64,000 nt of DNA from Myxococcota bacterium (GTDB lineage: Bacteria; Myxococcota_A; UBA796; SXON01), in the NCBI GenBank assembly GCA_040386535.1, contig JAZKFH010000037.1:42430-106429 (forward strand), written 5' to 3'. Shown here in pieces: positions 22,039 through 31,449 of this stretch. The notes under the pieces were generated by a model, which worked only from the letters and a program-made list of their open reading frames with translations, was not told the DNA's origin and did no database searches. Within the stretch, counting starts at the first letter, position 1; each line of letters begins with the position of its first letter. A program made the translations under genes and the position numbers.

Positions 22039-24543
22039 CTATACGCGCCCGTCGCGCAACAGCGCCCGATAGTCGTCCAGGATCCGCGCGGCGTCGGCCT
22101 CGTCGGTCGAGGCGGCCACGTACTCCGTGCTCACCAGGCACACGGCGTGGGGCGGCTGGGCCAGCGTGGAGGCGGCCATCAGCGTCTGGGACAGGTCGAC
22201 CTCGCCCTCTCCGAGGCCCACCCACTCGTACTTGTTGGTGCCCCACACGAAGATGCGCTCGCCGACGCGCTGCATCGGTTGGGGGTGGAACTGGTTCCAC
22301 GGGGACAGGTAGCGCACGTCCTTGAGGTGGTACGCGATGACGCGCCCGCCCCACGCCCGCACCATGCGCGCAAAGTCCATGGCGCCGAGCAGATCTCCCT
22401 CGCTCGCGATGAAGCGGTTGGCGGGATCGTCGATGAACCCGACGAGATCCCACCCGGTGGCGCGGAGGCCGCGGCAACAGTGGTGCACGTCGTGCAGGTC
22501 GGACAGGTACTGGCCGTGGTGGATCTCGAGGCCGAGCACCACCTTCTTGCCCGTGCGCGCGGACAGCTCGCGGGTGCACCCCTCCCAATATTGGATCGTG
22601 GCGAGGCTCTCGTCGCGCAGCTGCTTGCGGATGTCCTGCCAACGCCCCGGCAGGCTGCGGGCGCGCGCGTACAGGTCCCCCCCGAGCACACGCAGCACGA
22701 GCGTGCCGTCGGGCGCGGCCTCGGCGAGGCGGTACGCCTGCTCGATGACGTGGCGGCCGTAGTCGCGGTCGCCCGGCACACACGCGCCCATGTAGGCGCT
22801 GGTCATCGCGATCGGCACGCCGTGCTCCCACGAGAGCGCGACGGCGCGGTCGATCGAGGCGGGGTCTCCCAGGTCGAAGTCGGCGTTGGTGTGGGCAACG
22901 GCCCAGGTGCGGTCGGGATCGGAGGCGGCGGCGCGGCGGGACCGCAGATCGACGAACACGGGGAAGCCGGCCTTGTCGGCGGCGGCGCGGGCGAGGCGGA
23001 ACACCTCGTCGATCGGGCGGTCGGCGATGAGCATCGAGTTGACCGCCATCGCGACGGGCACGGGCACCTGCTCGACGATGGCGCGCTTGTTGAGCTTGCC
23101 CGAGGGGAACGCGGGAAGCTCGTCGCGGAACTCGACGATGCGCGGCAACATCGAGGGCGGCAGGGCCTTGCGGCAGTGGGAGAGGATGTCCTCGCGGGAG
23201 AGCGCGGTGCCGGCGAGCGGTACGATCACGGCGCGTGGCACCTCGCCCCGGAGCGGGTCGCGGGCGGGCACCACGACCACCTGCTTCACGCCGGGGATGG
23301 CGGCGATCGCCCGCTCGATGTCGAGCAGGTACACCTTCACGCCGCCGACCTTGATCATCTCCTCGCGCCGGCCGAGGAAGCGCAGGTAGCCGCCGTCCTC
23401 CTCGCGGACGAGATCGCCGGTGTGGTACCAGCCGTCGCGGAACTTCTCCGCCGTCGCGTCGGGGCGCTCGGGGTAGCCGCCCACCACCGCGCCGCCGCGC
23501 ACACACAGCTCGCCGACGCCGGTGCTCGCGTCCGTGTCGATGACCTTCACCTCGTAGTGGGCCACGGGCTTGCCGAGCATCTCCAGCCGGCGCTCCGGCT
23601 CCCACGGCGGCACGTGCAACACGACGCCGGTGGTCTCCGTACACCCCCAGATCGGGATGAACTGGCAGCCGAGCGCGCCCTCGACGCGGCGGACCAGCTC
23701 GGGCGGGACCACGGCGCCGCCGGCCTCGCAGAAGCGCAGCGCCGGGAACGTGTCACCCGCCTGCACCTGGGTCAGGAGCAGGTCGAACACGCTCGGGATG
23801 GCGAACACCCAGCTGACCGCGTGGTCCTGGAGGGTGCGGATCACCGTGCGCGGGCGCAGGGTGTCGAGCATCACCGCGGTCCCGCCGGTGGCGAGGGTGC
23901 GGGCGAAGTGTTCGTGTGGGTGGGAGTAGGGCGCGAACAGGCAGAGGAAGCGCTCGTCCTCGGTGAAGGGGAACACGTCGAGCACCGCGCGCGTGTTCCA
24001 TTGGATGTTCGCGTGGGTGGTCGGCGCGCCCTTCGGCATCGACGTGCTGCCGCTCGTGAAGTTCACGTAGCAGGGGCGGTCGGGGTCCTCGGAGGGCGGG
24101 AGCGCGCCGGGGGCCCCGTGTGTCAATTGGAGCAGCGCGGCCTCGCCCCGGATGACTCGCCCCGCGTCGCCGAGGATCCGCGCGGCCACGTCGGCCTCGG
24201 CGTCCTTGGGCGCGAACACCAGATCGACCCCGCCGCGGCGGATGACATGCTCGATGCGCGCGGGGTCTGCCCCGTCGATCGGGGTGTAGAGGCCCCCGGC
24301 GCGCGCCGTGGCGAGGAACAACGCGGGCAGCTCCCAGGTGCGCTGCGGGAAGGCGAGCACGTGCCCGCCGGGGGTCAAGCCCTGGGCGCGCAACCCCGAC
24401 GCCATGCGCGCGACGGTGGCCTCGAGCTCCGCCCACGTGATGCGCCGGTCGCGGTCGAGGATGGCCACGTGATCGGGCCGCCGCTCGGCGTGGAGGCGGA
24501 GCGTGGCGTCGAGGGTGAGGCGGACCAATTCGGGAGGGGTCAT
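22039..24543 (-). CDS. AMP-dependent (acyl-CoA) ligase fused to C-terminal xylose-isomerase-like TIM barrel
   Basis: ATG 24543 overlaps upstream TGA. Ligase motifs FTSGSTSMPKG, WGCTET, YHTGD, GRREEMIKVGG, SGKLNK; barrel motifs GLEIH, DDPAN, YHLKD, LGEGEVD, VSTEY. Confidence 0.85.
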   Translation of the reverse strand: MTPPELVRLTLDATLRLHAERRPDHVAILDRDRRITWAELEATVARMASGLRAQGLTPGGHVLAFPQRTWELPALFLATARAGGLYTPIDGADPARIEHVIRRGGVDLVFAPKDAEADVAARILGDAGRVIRGEAALLQLTHGAPGALPPSEDPDRPCYVNFTSGSTSMPKGAPTTHANIQWNTRAVLDVFPFTEDERFLCLFAPYSHPHEHFARTLATGGTAVMLDTLRPRTVIRTLQDHAVSWVFAIPSVFDLLLTQVQAGDTFPALRFCEAGGAVVPPELVRRVEGALGCQFIPIWGCTETTGVVLHVPPWEPERRLEMLGKPVAHYEVKVIDTDASTGVGELCVRGGAVVGGYPERPDATAEKFRDGWYHTGDLVREEDGGYLRFLGRREEMIKVGGVKVYLLDIERAIAAIPGVKQVVVVPARDPLRGEVPRAVIVPLAGTALSREDILSHCRKALPPSMLPRIVEFRDELPAFPSGKLNKRAIVEQVPVPVAMAVNSMLIADRPIDEVFRLARAAADKAGFPVFVDLRSRRAAASDPDRTWAVAHTNADFDLGDPASIDRAVALSWEHGVPIAMTSAYMGACVPGDRDYGRHVIEQAYRLAEAAPDGTLVLRVLGGDLYARARSLPGRWQDIRKQLRDESLATIQYWEGCTRELSARTGKKVVLGLEIHHGQYLSDLHDVHHCCRGLRATGWDLVGFIDDPANRFIASEGDLLGAMDFARMVRAWGGRVIAYHLKDVRYLSPWNQFHPQPMQRVGERIFVWGTNKYEWVGLGEGEVDLSQTLMAASTLAQPPHAVCLVSTEYVAASTDEADAARILDDYRALLRDGRV

Positions 24544-25568
24544 CGGGCTGCCAACGTGTCGTATTTGCGCCAGCGGTCGTCGGGGGCGTAGTCGACGAAC
24601 AGGGGGTGGTCGTCCACCGCGTTGCGGAGGCGACAATGGAGGAGCCAGGTGCCGTACTGCTCGGGGTGCGCGCGCAGCCACTGCTCCACCACCGTGACAT
24701 AGGCGGTGGCGAGCGACTCGGGGGTGTGGCCGTCGGGCGCGATGGGGGCGCCGAAGTGACAGATGTCCGGGCCCTCGGCGGGGCACTCCACCATGGTGGG
24801 GACGATGGCGGCGCCGGTGGCGATGGCCATCCGGTAGGGCCCCGGGTTCAGCAGCGCCTCGCGGCCCAGGTAGGGCACCTTCATGAACTTGTTGCCGATC
24901 CGCCCGTCGAACGCGATGCCGACGATCTCGTTGTCGGCGAGCCGGCGGAACAGCTGCCGCAGGGGCGTCTCCATGGTGAGGAAGCGCGCGGGCAGCCGAT
25001 CCTCGCTCTCCTCGCGCACGCGGCGGGTCTCCGCGCGGTAGCGGTTGTGGCCGAACAGCTCGGGGTGCTCGGCGGCGACATCGGCCGGGGCGAGCCCGCG
25101 CGCGGCGTACTGGGTGTAGGGGTACCCGGCGAGCGAGACCGCCGCGATCATCATCATGAAGTTGCCGGCGTGCGGAAACAGGATGATCGCGCCCTTCTTC
25201 CGCGCGAGCGCGGCGTCGAGGTGGGCCTGGTCCTGGAAGCGGAGGTAGCTGCGCCAGTTGTCCACGGTGAGCTTGCCGAGCAGCAGCTCCTCGTAGTGGG
25301 CCCGGAAGGCCACGCGGTACGCGTCCCGCACCGCGTTTGGGCCGACCTCGCCGAAAGCGCGCCGGTACTCGTCCGCCATCAGCGCGCGGCCGGCGCCCGC
25401 CGCGAGGTGCTGGAGGCGCCACAAGGGGAGCACGCTGCGCACCACGTCGGGCCGATCCACCGGGAGGAGCTTGCGGGCCTGCACCCAGAAGAGCCACCGC
25501 GCCACGTCCCCGGGGCGGACGGCGCTCTCGGCGGGGCGCTCCGGGGAGCGGGGGGCGGACGGGGGCAT
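24540..25568 (-). CDS. Lysophospholipid / lipid A acyltransferase (LpxL/HtrB-like) family protein
   Basis: HLDAALARKKGAIILFPHAGNF, VGIAFDG, GPYRMAIATGAAIVP, HPEQYGTW. Confidence 0.8.
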   Translation of the reverse strand: MPPSAPRSPERPAESAVRPGDVARWLFWVQARKLLPVDRPDVVRSVLPLWRLQHLAAGAGRALMADEYRRAFGEVGPNAVRDAYRVAFRAHYEELLLGKLTVDNWRSYLRFQDQAHLDAALARKKGAIILFPHAGNFMMMIAAVSLAGYPYTQYAARGLAPADVAAEHPELFGHNRYRAETRRVREESEDRLPARFLTMETPLRQLFRRLADNEIVGIAFDGRIGNKFMKVPYLGREALLNPGPYRMAIATGAAIVPTMVECPAEGPDICHFGAPIAPDGHTPESLATAYVTVVEQWLRAHPEQYGTWLLHCRLRNAVDDHPLFVDYAPDDRWRKYDTLAAR

Positions 25569-25590
25569 CGGGCTCGGGGGAAGGGAGGCC

Positions 25591-25596
25591 AGTATA
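25591..25596 (-). promoter_or_regulatory. Putative -10 element TATACT for the acyltransferase-ligase operon
   Basis: One mismatch from TATAAT, 22 nt upstream of the start in otherwise GC-rich DNA. Confidence 0.45.
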
Positions 25597-25629
25597 TCGG
25601 GCGCGAGGGCCCCGGATGGCCCCGGGCGA

Positions 25630-26538
25630 TCAGCCGGCGCGGACCACGAGCAACCCCATCACCGAGACGAACGCCCACAACACCACGCCGAGCACCAGGG
25701 GGCGCGGGCCCACCGTGGCGAGCGCCTTGCGCGACACGCCCAGCCCGGTCAGGAACAACACGGCTCCGAGCGCCTGCTTCGCGACCGCCGAGAGCACGTG
25801 CCCCGGCTCGACCAGCGCGGGGATCAGGGTCACGAGCGCCGCCGCCGCCAGGAAGGCGGGGATGAACCACGGGATGGCGGCCTTGCCACCCCGGCCCTCG
25901 CGCCACGAGAGGGCGAGCGTGAGCGGGGCGATCCACAACGCGCGCGCGAGCTTGGTCGTCGTGGCGATGCCGAGCGCGCCGCCGCCGTAGGCGCTCGCGG
26001 CGCCCACCACCGAGCTCGTGTCGTGGATGGCGAGCGCGGCCCAGCGGCCGAACATCTCCGGCTCCATCCCGAGGGCGTGGCCGACGAACGGAAACAACAC
26101 CAACGCCGCCGCGTTGAGGAGGAACACGGTGCCGATCGCGACGCCCACGTGCTCGTCCTTCGCGTCGAGCGCGGGCGCCGCGGCCGCGATGGCGCTGCCG
26201 CCGCAGATCGCGGTGCCGACGGCGATGAGGAGCGTGAGCACACGGTCGACGCCGAGCAGCTTCCCGAGCCCGATGCCGACCGCGAGCGTCACGACGATGC
26301 CCATCGCGGTGACGACGATCCCCTCGGCGCCCACGCGGGCCACGACGCCGAGATCCACGCCGAAGCCGAGCCCTACGACGCAGAGGGCGAGGCCGTTCTT
26401 GACGAGGCGAGGCGTGACGGCCGGCCAGGGGTTTCCGAGGAGGAGCCCGATCGCGACGCCGGCGACGAGTGCGGCCGCGGGCGGGCACCCGGGCACGAGC
26501 GCCGCGAGCACCCCGAGTACGACCAGCACCTTCGCCAT
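25630..26538 (-). CDS. YeiH/UPF0324 putative sulfate exporter family transporter
   Basis: GTAICGGSAIAA, AIHDTSSVVGA, TTTKLARALWI, PWFI. Confidence 0.9.
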   Translation of the reverse strand: MAKVLVVLGVLAALVPGCPPAAALVAGVAIGLLLGNPWPAVTPRLVKNGLALCVVGLGFGVDLGVVARVGAEGIVVTAMGIVVTLAVGIGLGKLLGVDRVLTLLIAVGTAICGGSAIAAAAPALDAKDEHVGVAIGTVFLLNAAALVLFPFVGHALGMEPEMFGRWAALAIHDTSSVVGAASAYGGGALGIATTTKLARALWIAPLTLALSWREGRGGKAAIPWFIPAFLAAAALVTLIPALVEPGHVLSAVAKQALGAVLFLTGLGVSRKALATVGPRPLVLGVVLWAFVSVMGLLVVRAG

Positions 26539-26626
26539 GGGGCCGGCTATCGCGGTCCCCGCCGTCGCGGGGCACGGCTACCCGTTTCCCGCGACGGACT
26601 GGCCGTGAGGAGGGCGCGATAGGCCG

Positions 26627-27103
26627 TCAGAAGTAGAAGCGCCCCCCGAGCCCGGCGTCCACCCCGAAGCCGAGCCCGGGGATCACCTGTACCCGCGGCA
26701 CCACCTGCGCGAAGAGCTCGAGAGGGAGCCGCTCGAAGAACAGGGACGCCCCGACGGGCACGCGCGCCGACACGCCCGCGTTCTCGCCGAACATGCCCGG
26801 CGCGGCCGACACTGCGCCGACGCCGACGCCCACGTAGAGGGGCATCATCGTGCCGCCCGTGGGCTCGAGCAACCGGATGGACTGCACGTAGTCGGCGCTC
26901 GCGTCGAACCGCCCGTCCTTCAGGTCCCATCCCACGGCGCCCTGAACGGCGTTCCACCCGTTCGGCCGCCAGGCGAGCGACACGCCGGTGGTGGGCCCGA
27001 CGATCACCCCCGCGCCGAACGGGCCGGGTTGGATGTCACGGTAGGGCCCCGCCTGTGCCTCCGCATGGTTCAAGCCGACGAGGACCAGCAAGATCGACAA
27101 CAT
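26627..27103 (-). CDS. Small outer-membrane beta-barrel (DUF3996-like)
   Basis: Signal peptide, FGAGVIVGPTTG, LYVGVG, C-terminal GGRFYF; GGAGG RBS. Confidence 0.7.
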   Translation of the reverse strand: MLSILLVLVGLNHAEAQAGPYRDIQPGPFGAGVIVGPTTGVSLAWRPNGWNAVQGAVGWDLKDGRFDASADYVQSIRLLEPTGGTMMPLYVGVGVGAVSAAPGMFGENAGVSARVPVGASLFFERLPLELFAQVVPRVQVIPGLGFGVDAGLGGRFYF

Positions 27104-27154
27104 GGTTCGCCTCCTCTCGGACGAACCTACACACCTACGCGTCGAACGAGCGCC

Positions 27155-29242
27155 CTACACTTGCGTCGGAGGTGCCCCCGGCGGAGGGGTGCTCGCGCGG
27201 CTGCGTGCGTAGCTGCGTACGGTCGAGACCAGCACCCGCATGTCGATGGGCTTGGACAGGTGGGCCACCATCCCCGACGCGAGGCAACGCAGGCGCTCCT
27301 CGTCCATCGCGTGGGCGGTCAGGCCGATCACCGGAAGGGTCGGCGCGAAGGTGCGGATCTTCCGCGCCAGGGTGTGCCCGTCCATCACGGGCATCTGGAT
27401 GTCCGTCAGCACCAGATCGAACGCCTGCTCGCCCTCCCGCTCGAGCACCGCGAACGCGGCGGCGCCGTCCTCGGCGAGGGTGAGCTGCGCGCCTTCGAGG
27501 CGGAGCATCTCCCCGAGCAGGAGCCGATTGGCCATGTTGTCCTCGGCGCCGAGCACCCGGATGCCCTGGAGGCGGTTGCTCGCCCGGTAGGGGGTCCCGG
27601 CGGGGGGCATCTCCTCGACCGGCGGCGCCACCTCCACGGGCGGCTCGTCGTCGGAGGCCGCGGGCGGAGGCTCGGCGAGCGCGGCCGTGGGCGGGTTGAC
27701 CTCGTCGAGGGGGAGGTGCACGGTGACGGTGCTCCCCACGCCGAACGTGCTCCTGACCTCGATCGAGCCCTTCATCAGCTCGACCAGCCGGCGGGTGATC
27801 GCCATCCCGAGCCCCGTGCCGCCGAAGCGGCGTGTGGTCGAGGTGTCGGCCTGCTCGAAGGGCAGGAACAGCCTTCCCAGCTGCTCGTCCGTCATGCCGA
27901 TGCCCGTGTCGGTGACGCGGAGCCGCAGCCCCTCAGCTCGGGTCAGGCCGTCGGCGCTCTCCACGGTGAACGTGACGCTCCCGCGCTCCGTGAACTTCAC
28001 GGCGTTCGAGAGGAGGTTGACCAGCACCTGGGACATGCGCAGCGCATCGCCCCGCACCCAGCCCGGCAGGCCCGGGCCGAGCTCCAGGCGCAGGCCGATC
28101 CCGGCGGCGCGGGCGTTCGCGTCCATCATCTCCATCGTCTCCCGGACGAGCCTCGCCAGCTCGACCGGCTCTTCGGCGAGGTGCAGCATCCCCGCCTCGA
28201 TCTTGGACACATCGAGGATGTCGTCGAGCACGCCGAGCAGGTGGCGCCCGGACCCGAGGATGCGGGTGTACGTCGCGCGGTCCCGGGTCCCGTCGCTCTG
28301 GATCCAGCCGATCTGGGCGTGCCCCAGGATGGCGTTCAGCGGGGTGCGGATCTCATGGCTCATGTTGGCGAGGAAATCGCTCTTCACGCGGGAGAGGCGC
28401 TCGGCCTCCGCCGTGCGGGCGGCCACCACCTCTTCGAGGTGCTCCTTGTGGGAGCGGAGCGCCTGCTGGCTCTCGGTGAGGGCCGTCTCCATGAGCTTGC
28501 GGATCGTGATGTCCTCGGCCACGGACACGAAGTGTCGGAGCGCGCCGGTGTGGTCCCGCACCGGCGTGATGGTCGTGTACTGGGTGTACACCTCGCCGTC
28601 CTTCCGGCGGTTGATGAGCTCCCCGCGCCAGGTCCGGCCGCTCGCGATGGTCTCCCAGAGGTGCACGTAGGTGTCCGCGGGCTCGAGCCCCGAGCGGAGG
28701 AAGCGGGGGTTCTTGCCTTGCACCTCGTCGAGCGTGAACCCGATGAGGGCGGCGGAGGCCGCGTTGATCCACTCGATCGAGCCCCGCGGATCGGTGATCA
28801 TCACGGCGTTCGCGGCGGCGTTCATCGCGGTGTCCACCATGCGGAGCCGGGCTTCGGCCTGGCGCCGGGCCACCCGGCCCCACGCCTCGCGCAGGCTGCG
28901 ATCGATGATGGGGACCAGCCGGATGAGGTTGTCCTTCAGGACGAAGTCCCACAGGCCCTGCTTGAGCAGGTCGACCGCCGTCTCTTCGCCGACGCTCCCC
29001 GACACGAGGATCACCGGCACGTCGGGCTGGGCCTCCTGGAACTTCACGAGCAGGTCGAGGAAGTGGAGCCCGGGGATCGAGTAGTCCGACAGGATCACGC
29101 CCCACCGTTGGGTGGTGAGCGCGGCGTCGATTCCCGCCTGGTCGGACACCCAGTGGCAGCGGGAGGCGACTCCCCGTTGCAACAGGTGCCGTTGGATGAG
29201 GAGGAAGTCGGCGCGAACGTCCTCCACCACCAGGATGTCCAT
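27155..29242 (-). CDS. Hybrid sensor kinase REC-PAS-HisKA-HATPase-REC
   Basis: FLANMSHEIRTPLN, NLLSNAVKFT, FGGTGLG, two receiver domains. Confidence 0.93.
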   Translation of the reverse strand: MDILVVEDVRADFLLIQRHLLQRGVASRCHWVSDQAGIDAALTTQRWGVILSDYSIPGLHFLDLLVKFQEAQPDVPVILVSGSVGEETAVDLLKQGLWDFVLKDNLIRLVPIIDRSLREAWGRVARRQAEARLRMVDTAMNAAANAVMITDPRGSIEWINAASAALIGFTLDEVQGKNPRFLRSGLEPADTYVHLWETIASGRTWRGELINRRKDGEVYTQYTTITPVRDHTGALRHFVSVAEDITIRKLMETALTESQQALRSHKEHLEEVVAARTAEAERLSRVKSDFLANMSHEIRTPLNAILGHAQIGWIQSDGTRDRATYTRILGSGRHLLGVLDDILDVSKIEAGMLHLAEEPVELARLVRETMEMMDANARAAGIGLRLELGPGLPGWVRGDALRMSQVLVNLLSNAVKFTERGSVTFTVESADGLTRAEGLRLRVTDTGIGMTDEQLGRLFLPFEQADTSTTRRFGGTGLGMAITRRLVELMKGSIEVRSTFGVGSTVTVHLPLDEVNPPTAALAEPPPAASDDEPPVEVAPPVEEMPPAGTPYRASNRLQGIRVLGAEDNMANRLLLGEMLRLEGAQLTLAEDGAAAFAVLEREGEQAFDLVLTDIQMPVMDGHTLARKIRTFAPTLPVIGLTAHAMDEERLRCLASGMVAHLSKPIDMRVLVSTVRSYARSRASTPPPGAPPTQV

Positions 29243-29246
29243 GCGC

Positions 29247-29684
29247 TTAGCCCTTCATCGGGGCGTTGGTCGCCACCCAGTACACGCCGAGCCGCGCGAC
29301 GGTCTCCGCGAAGGCGGCGAAGTCGAGGGGCTTGCGGACGAAGCTGTTCGCGCCGCCCTCGTAGCTCCGCAGCCGGTCCCGCTCCTCGTCCGAGGAGGTG
29401 AGAATGACGACAGGCAGGTACCGGGTGCGATCGTCGGCGCGGAGCCGCGCGAGCACCTCGAGGCCCGACAGGCGGGGCAGATTGATGTCGAGCAGCACGG
29501 CGACAGGCAGCTCGGGCCCCTCCCGATCGGCGAACTCGCCCTGGCGGAACAGGTAGTCGAGCGCCTGCTGGCCGTCCCTCACGACGTCCACCTGGTTGGC
29601 CAGGTTCACCTTGCTGAACGACCGCAGGATCAACTTCTCGTCCTGGGGGTCGTCCTCGACGAGGAGCAGGGTCTTCTGGCGCAT
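29247..29684 (-). CDS. Response regulator (Rcp1-like single domain)
   Basis: LLVEDD, LLDINLP, PVVILTSS, GANSFVRKP. Confidence 0.92.
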   Translation of the reverse strand: MRQKTLLLVEDDPQDEKLILRSFSKVNLANQVDVVRDGQQALDYLFRQGEFADREGPELPVAVLLDINLPRLSGLEVLARLRADDRTRYLPVVILTSSDEERDRLRSYEGGANSFVRKPLDFAAFAETVARLGVYWVATNAPMKG

Positions 29685-29694
29685 GACGCTCACC

Positions 29695-31302
29695 TTACGT
29701 CACTCCAGAACGGGCCGCTAAAGTAGATTCCGACGCAGCCCCGGGATCGGGCGGGGAGGCGGGGAGGGTGAGCGTGAACCGGGCTCCTTCGCCCGGGGAG
29801 GCGGTGGCACGGATGGTCCCTCCGTGCCGGGTGAGGATGCGCTGGACCGTGGCGAGGCCGATGCCGAGGCCCGTGAACTCCTCCTGGCGGTGCAGCCGCT
29901 GGAAGGGCTTGAAGAGCCGCTCGGCGTGGTCCATGTGGAAGCCGGCGCCGTTGTCCGAGATGCTGATGGCGCCGTCCTCCTCGCGGTACAGGCGCACGCG
30001 TGGCGCGGGGGACTGTTGCGTGTACTTCCACGCGTTGTCGAGCAGGTTTCGCAGGACCAACTCGAGCATCGTGGGGTCACCGTTGACCGTGATGCCCGGC
30101 TCGATCTCCCAGGTGACGGTGCGTGCCGGCTCGGCGCGCTCCAGATCCAGGCGGATCGCGAGCGCGAGGGCCGACAGATCCACCTCCTCGCGACGGAGTT
30201 GGCCCCCGCGGGTGCTGCGCGAGAGCCGGAGGAGCCCGTCGACGAGGGCGCCCATGCGGCGGGACGCGATGCGGATCTCGTCCAGGTACGCGCGCGCTTC
30301 GGGCGCGAGGGCCTCCGCGAAGTCCTCCTGCAGGGCCTGCGAGAAGCCGTTCAGGGCGCGCAACGGCGCGCGCAGATCGTGCGACACGGCGTAGGCGAAG
30401 CTGTCGAGCTCCTGGTTGGCGGCGCGTAGCTCGGCGGTGCGCTCCTCCACGCGGCGCTCGAGGTCGGCGTTCAGGGCCCGGATCTGCTCGTCGGCCTGGG
30501 CGCGGGCGGCGACCAGCGCAGCCTCGCTCTCCCGCCGCTCGGTCGCGTCGATGATCGCCAGGATGCCGATCGTGGAGACGCCGGCGCTATCCCTCGCGAG
30601 GCACCCGCTGTAGCTGAAGCAGCGTGTCCCTCGCGAGCCCAGGCCGTCGAGGCGGCGGATGCAGAGCTCCACCCCCCGAAGGGTCTCCCCGCGCAGGATC
30701 CGCATGAGTGGCCACTCGTGGAACGGCAACACCCGGCCGTCGACGGACGCCATCTCGTAGATGTCCTGGAAGCCCGAGAGCGCTCCGACCACCTCGGCCA
30801 TGCTGGAGAAGCCGTGCATCTCCAGGGCGGTCGGGTTCCAATACACGAGGTCGCCCTGGGGCGTACAGGTGACGATGCCCTCGTTCAGCTCGTCGAAGAT
30901 GAGCTGGAGGTGGGTACGTGAGGCGCGGAGCTCGGTCTCCATGCGCTTTCGTTCGGTGATGTCGTGCGAGATGCCGTACACCCCGACGATGGCGCCGCTC
31001 GCGTCGCGCACGGGGCCCTTGGAGGCGAGGTAGGTGCGCACCCCGTCGGCGTGCTCCACGTCTTCTTCCGCGGTCCGCACCTGCCCGTCCGTGAGCACGG
31101 CCCGGTCGAGCGCCATCCGCGCCTTCACGCCCGCGGAGGGGAACACCGCGGCGTCGTCGCGCCCGAGCACCTCGTCGATCGGCTTGCCGAGCCGGGCGAG
31201 CGCCGCGCCGTTCACGTACACGTAGCGGCCGAGCGCATCCTTCACGAAGACGGCGTCGCTGGTCGCGTCGACCACGGCGCGCAGGAGATCCCGGTCGTCC
31301 AT
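29695..31302 (-). CDS. PAS domain sensor histidine kinase
   Basis: Two PAS domains, AVSHDLRAPL, NLLDNAWKYT, DNGAGF, GLGIGL. Confidence 0.92.
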   Translation of the reverse strand: MDDRDLLRAVVDATSDAVFVKDALGRYVYVNGAALARLGKPIDEVLGRDDAAVFPSAGVKARMALDRAVLTDGQVRTAEEDVEHADGVRTYLASKGPVRDASGAIVGVYGISHDITERKRMETELRASRTHLQLIFDELNEGIVTCTPQGDLVYWNPTALEMHGFSSMAEVVGALSGFQDIYEMASVDGRVLPFHEWPLMRILRGETLRGVELCIRRLDGLGSRGTRCFSYSGCLARDSAGVSTIGILAIIDATERRESEAALVAARAQADEQIRALNADLERRVEERTAELRAANQELDSFAYAVSHDLRAPLRALNGFSQALQEDFAEALAPEARAYLDEIRIASRRMGALVDGLLRLSRSTRGGQLRREEVDLSALALAIRLDLERAEPARTVTWEIEPGITVNGDPTMLELVLRNLLDNAWKYTQQSPAPRVRLYREEDGAISISDNGAGFHMDHAERLFKPFQRLHRQEEFTGLGIGLATVQRILTRHGGTIRATASPGEGARFTLTLPASPPDPGAASESTLAARSGVT

Positions 31303-31449
31303 CAACCGCGTGCCCGCTGGTCGCGACGGCTCGCGGCACTGCGTGTGATGCTGCAAAATGAACGATTCAACGCTTGCTCCGGCGGGGCCGCCGGTACGTT
31401 ACCTCATCGCCGCGGCCACCACAATCACCGGTGATGACCGCGCGCCGGC

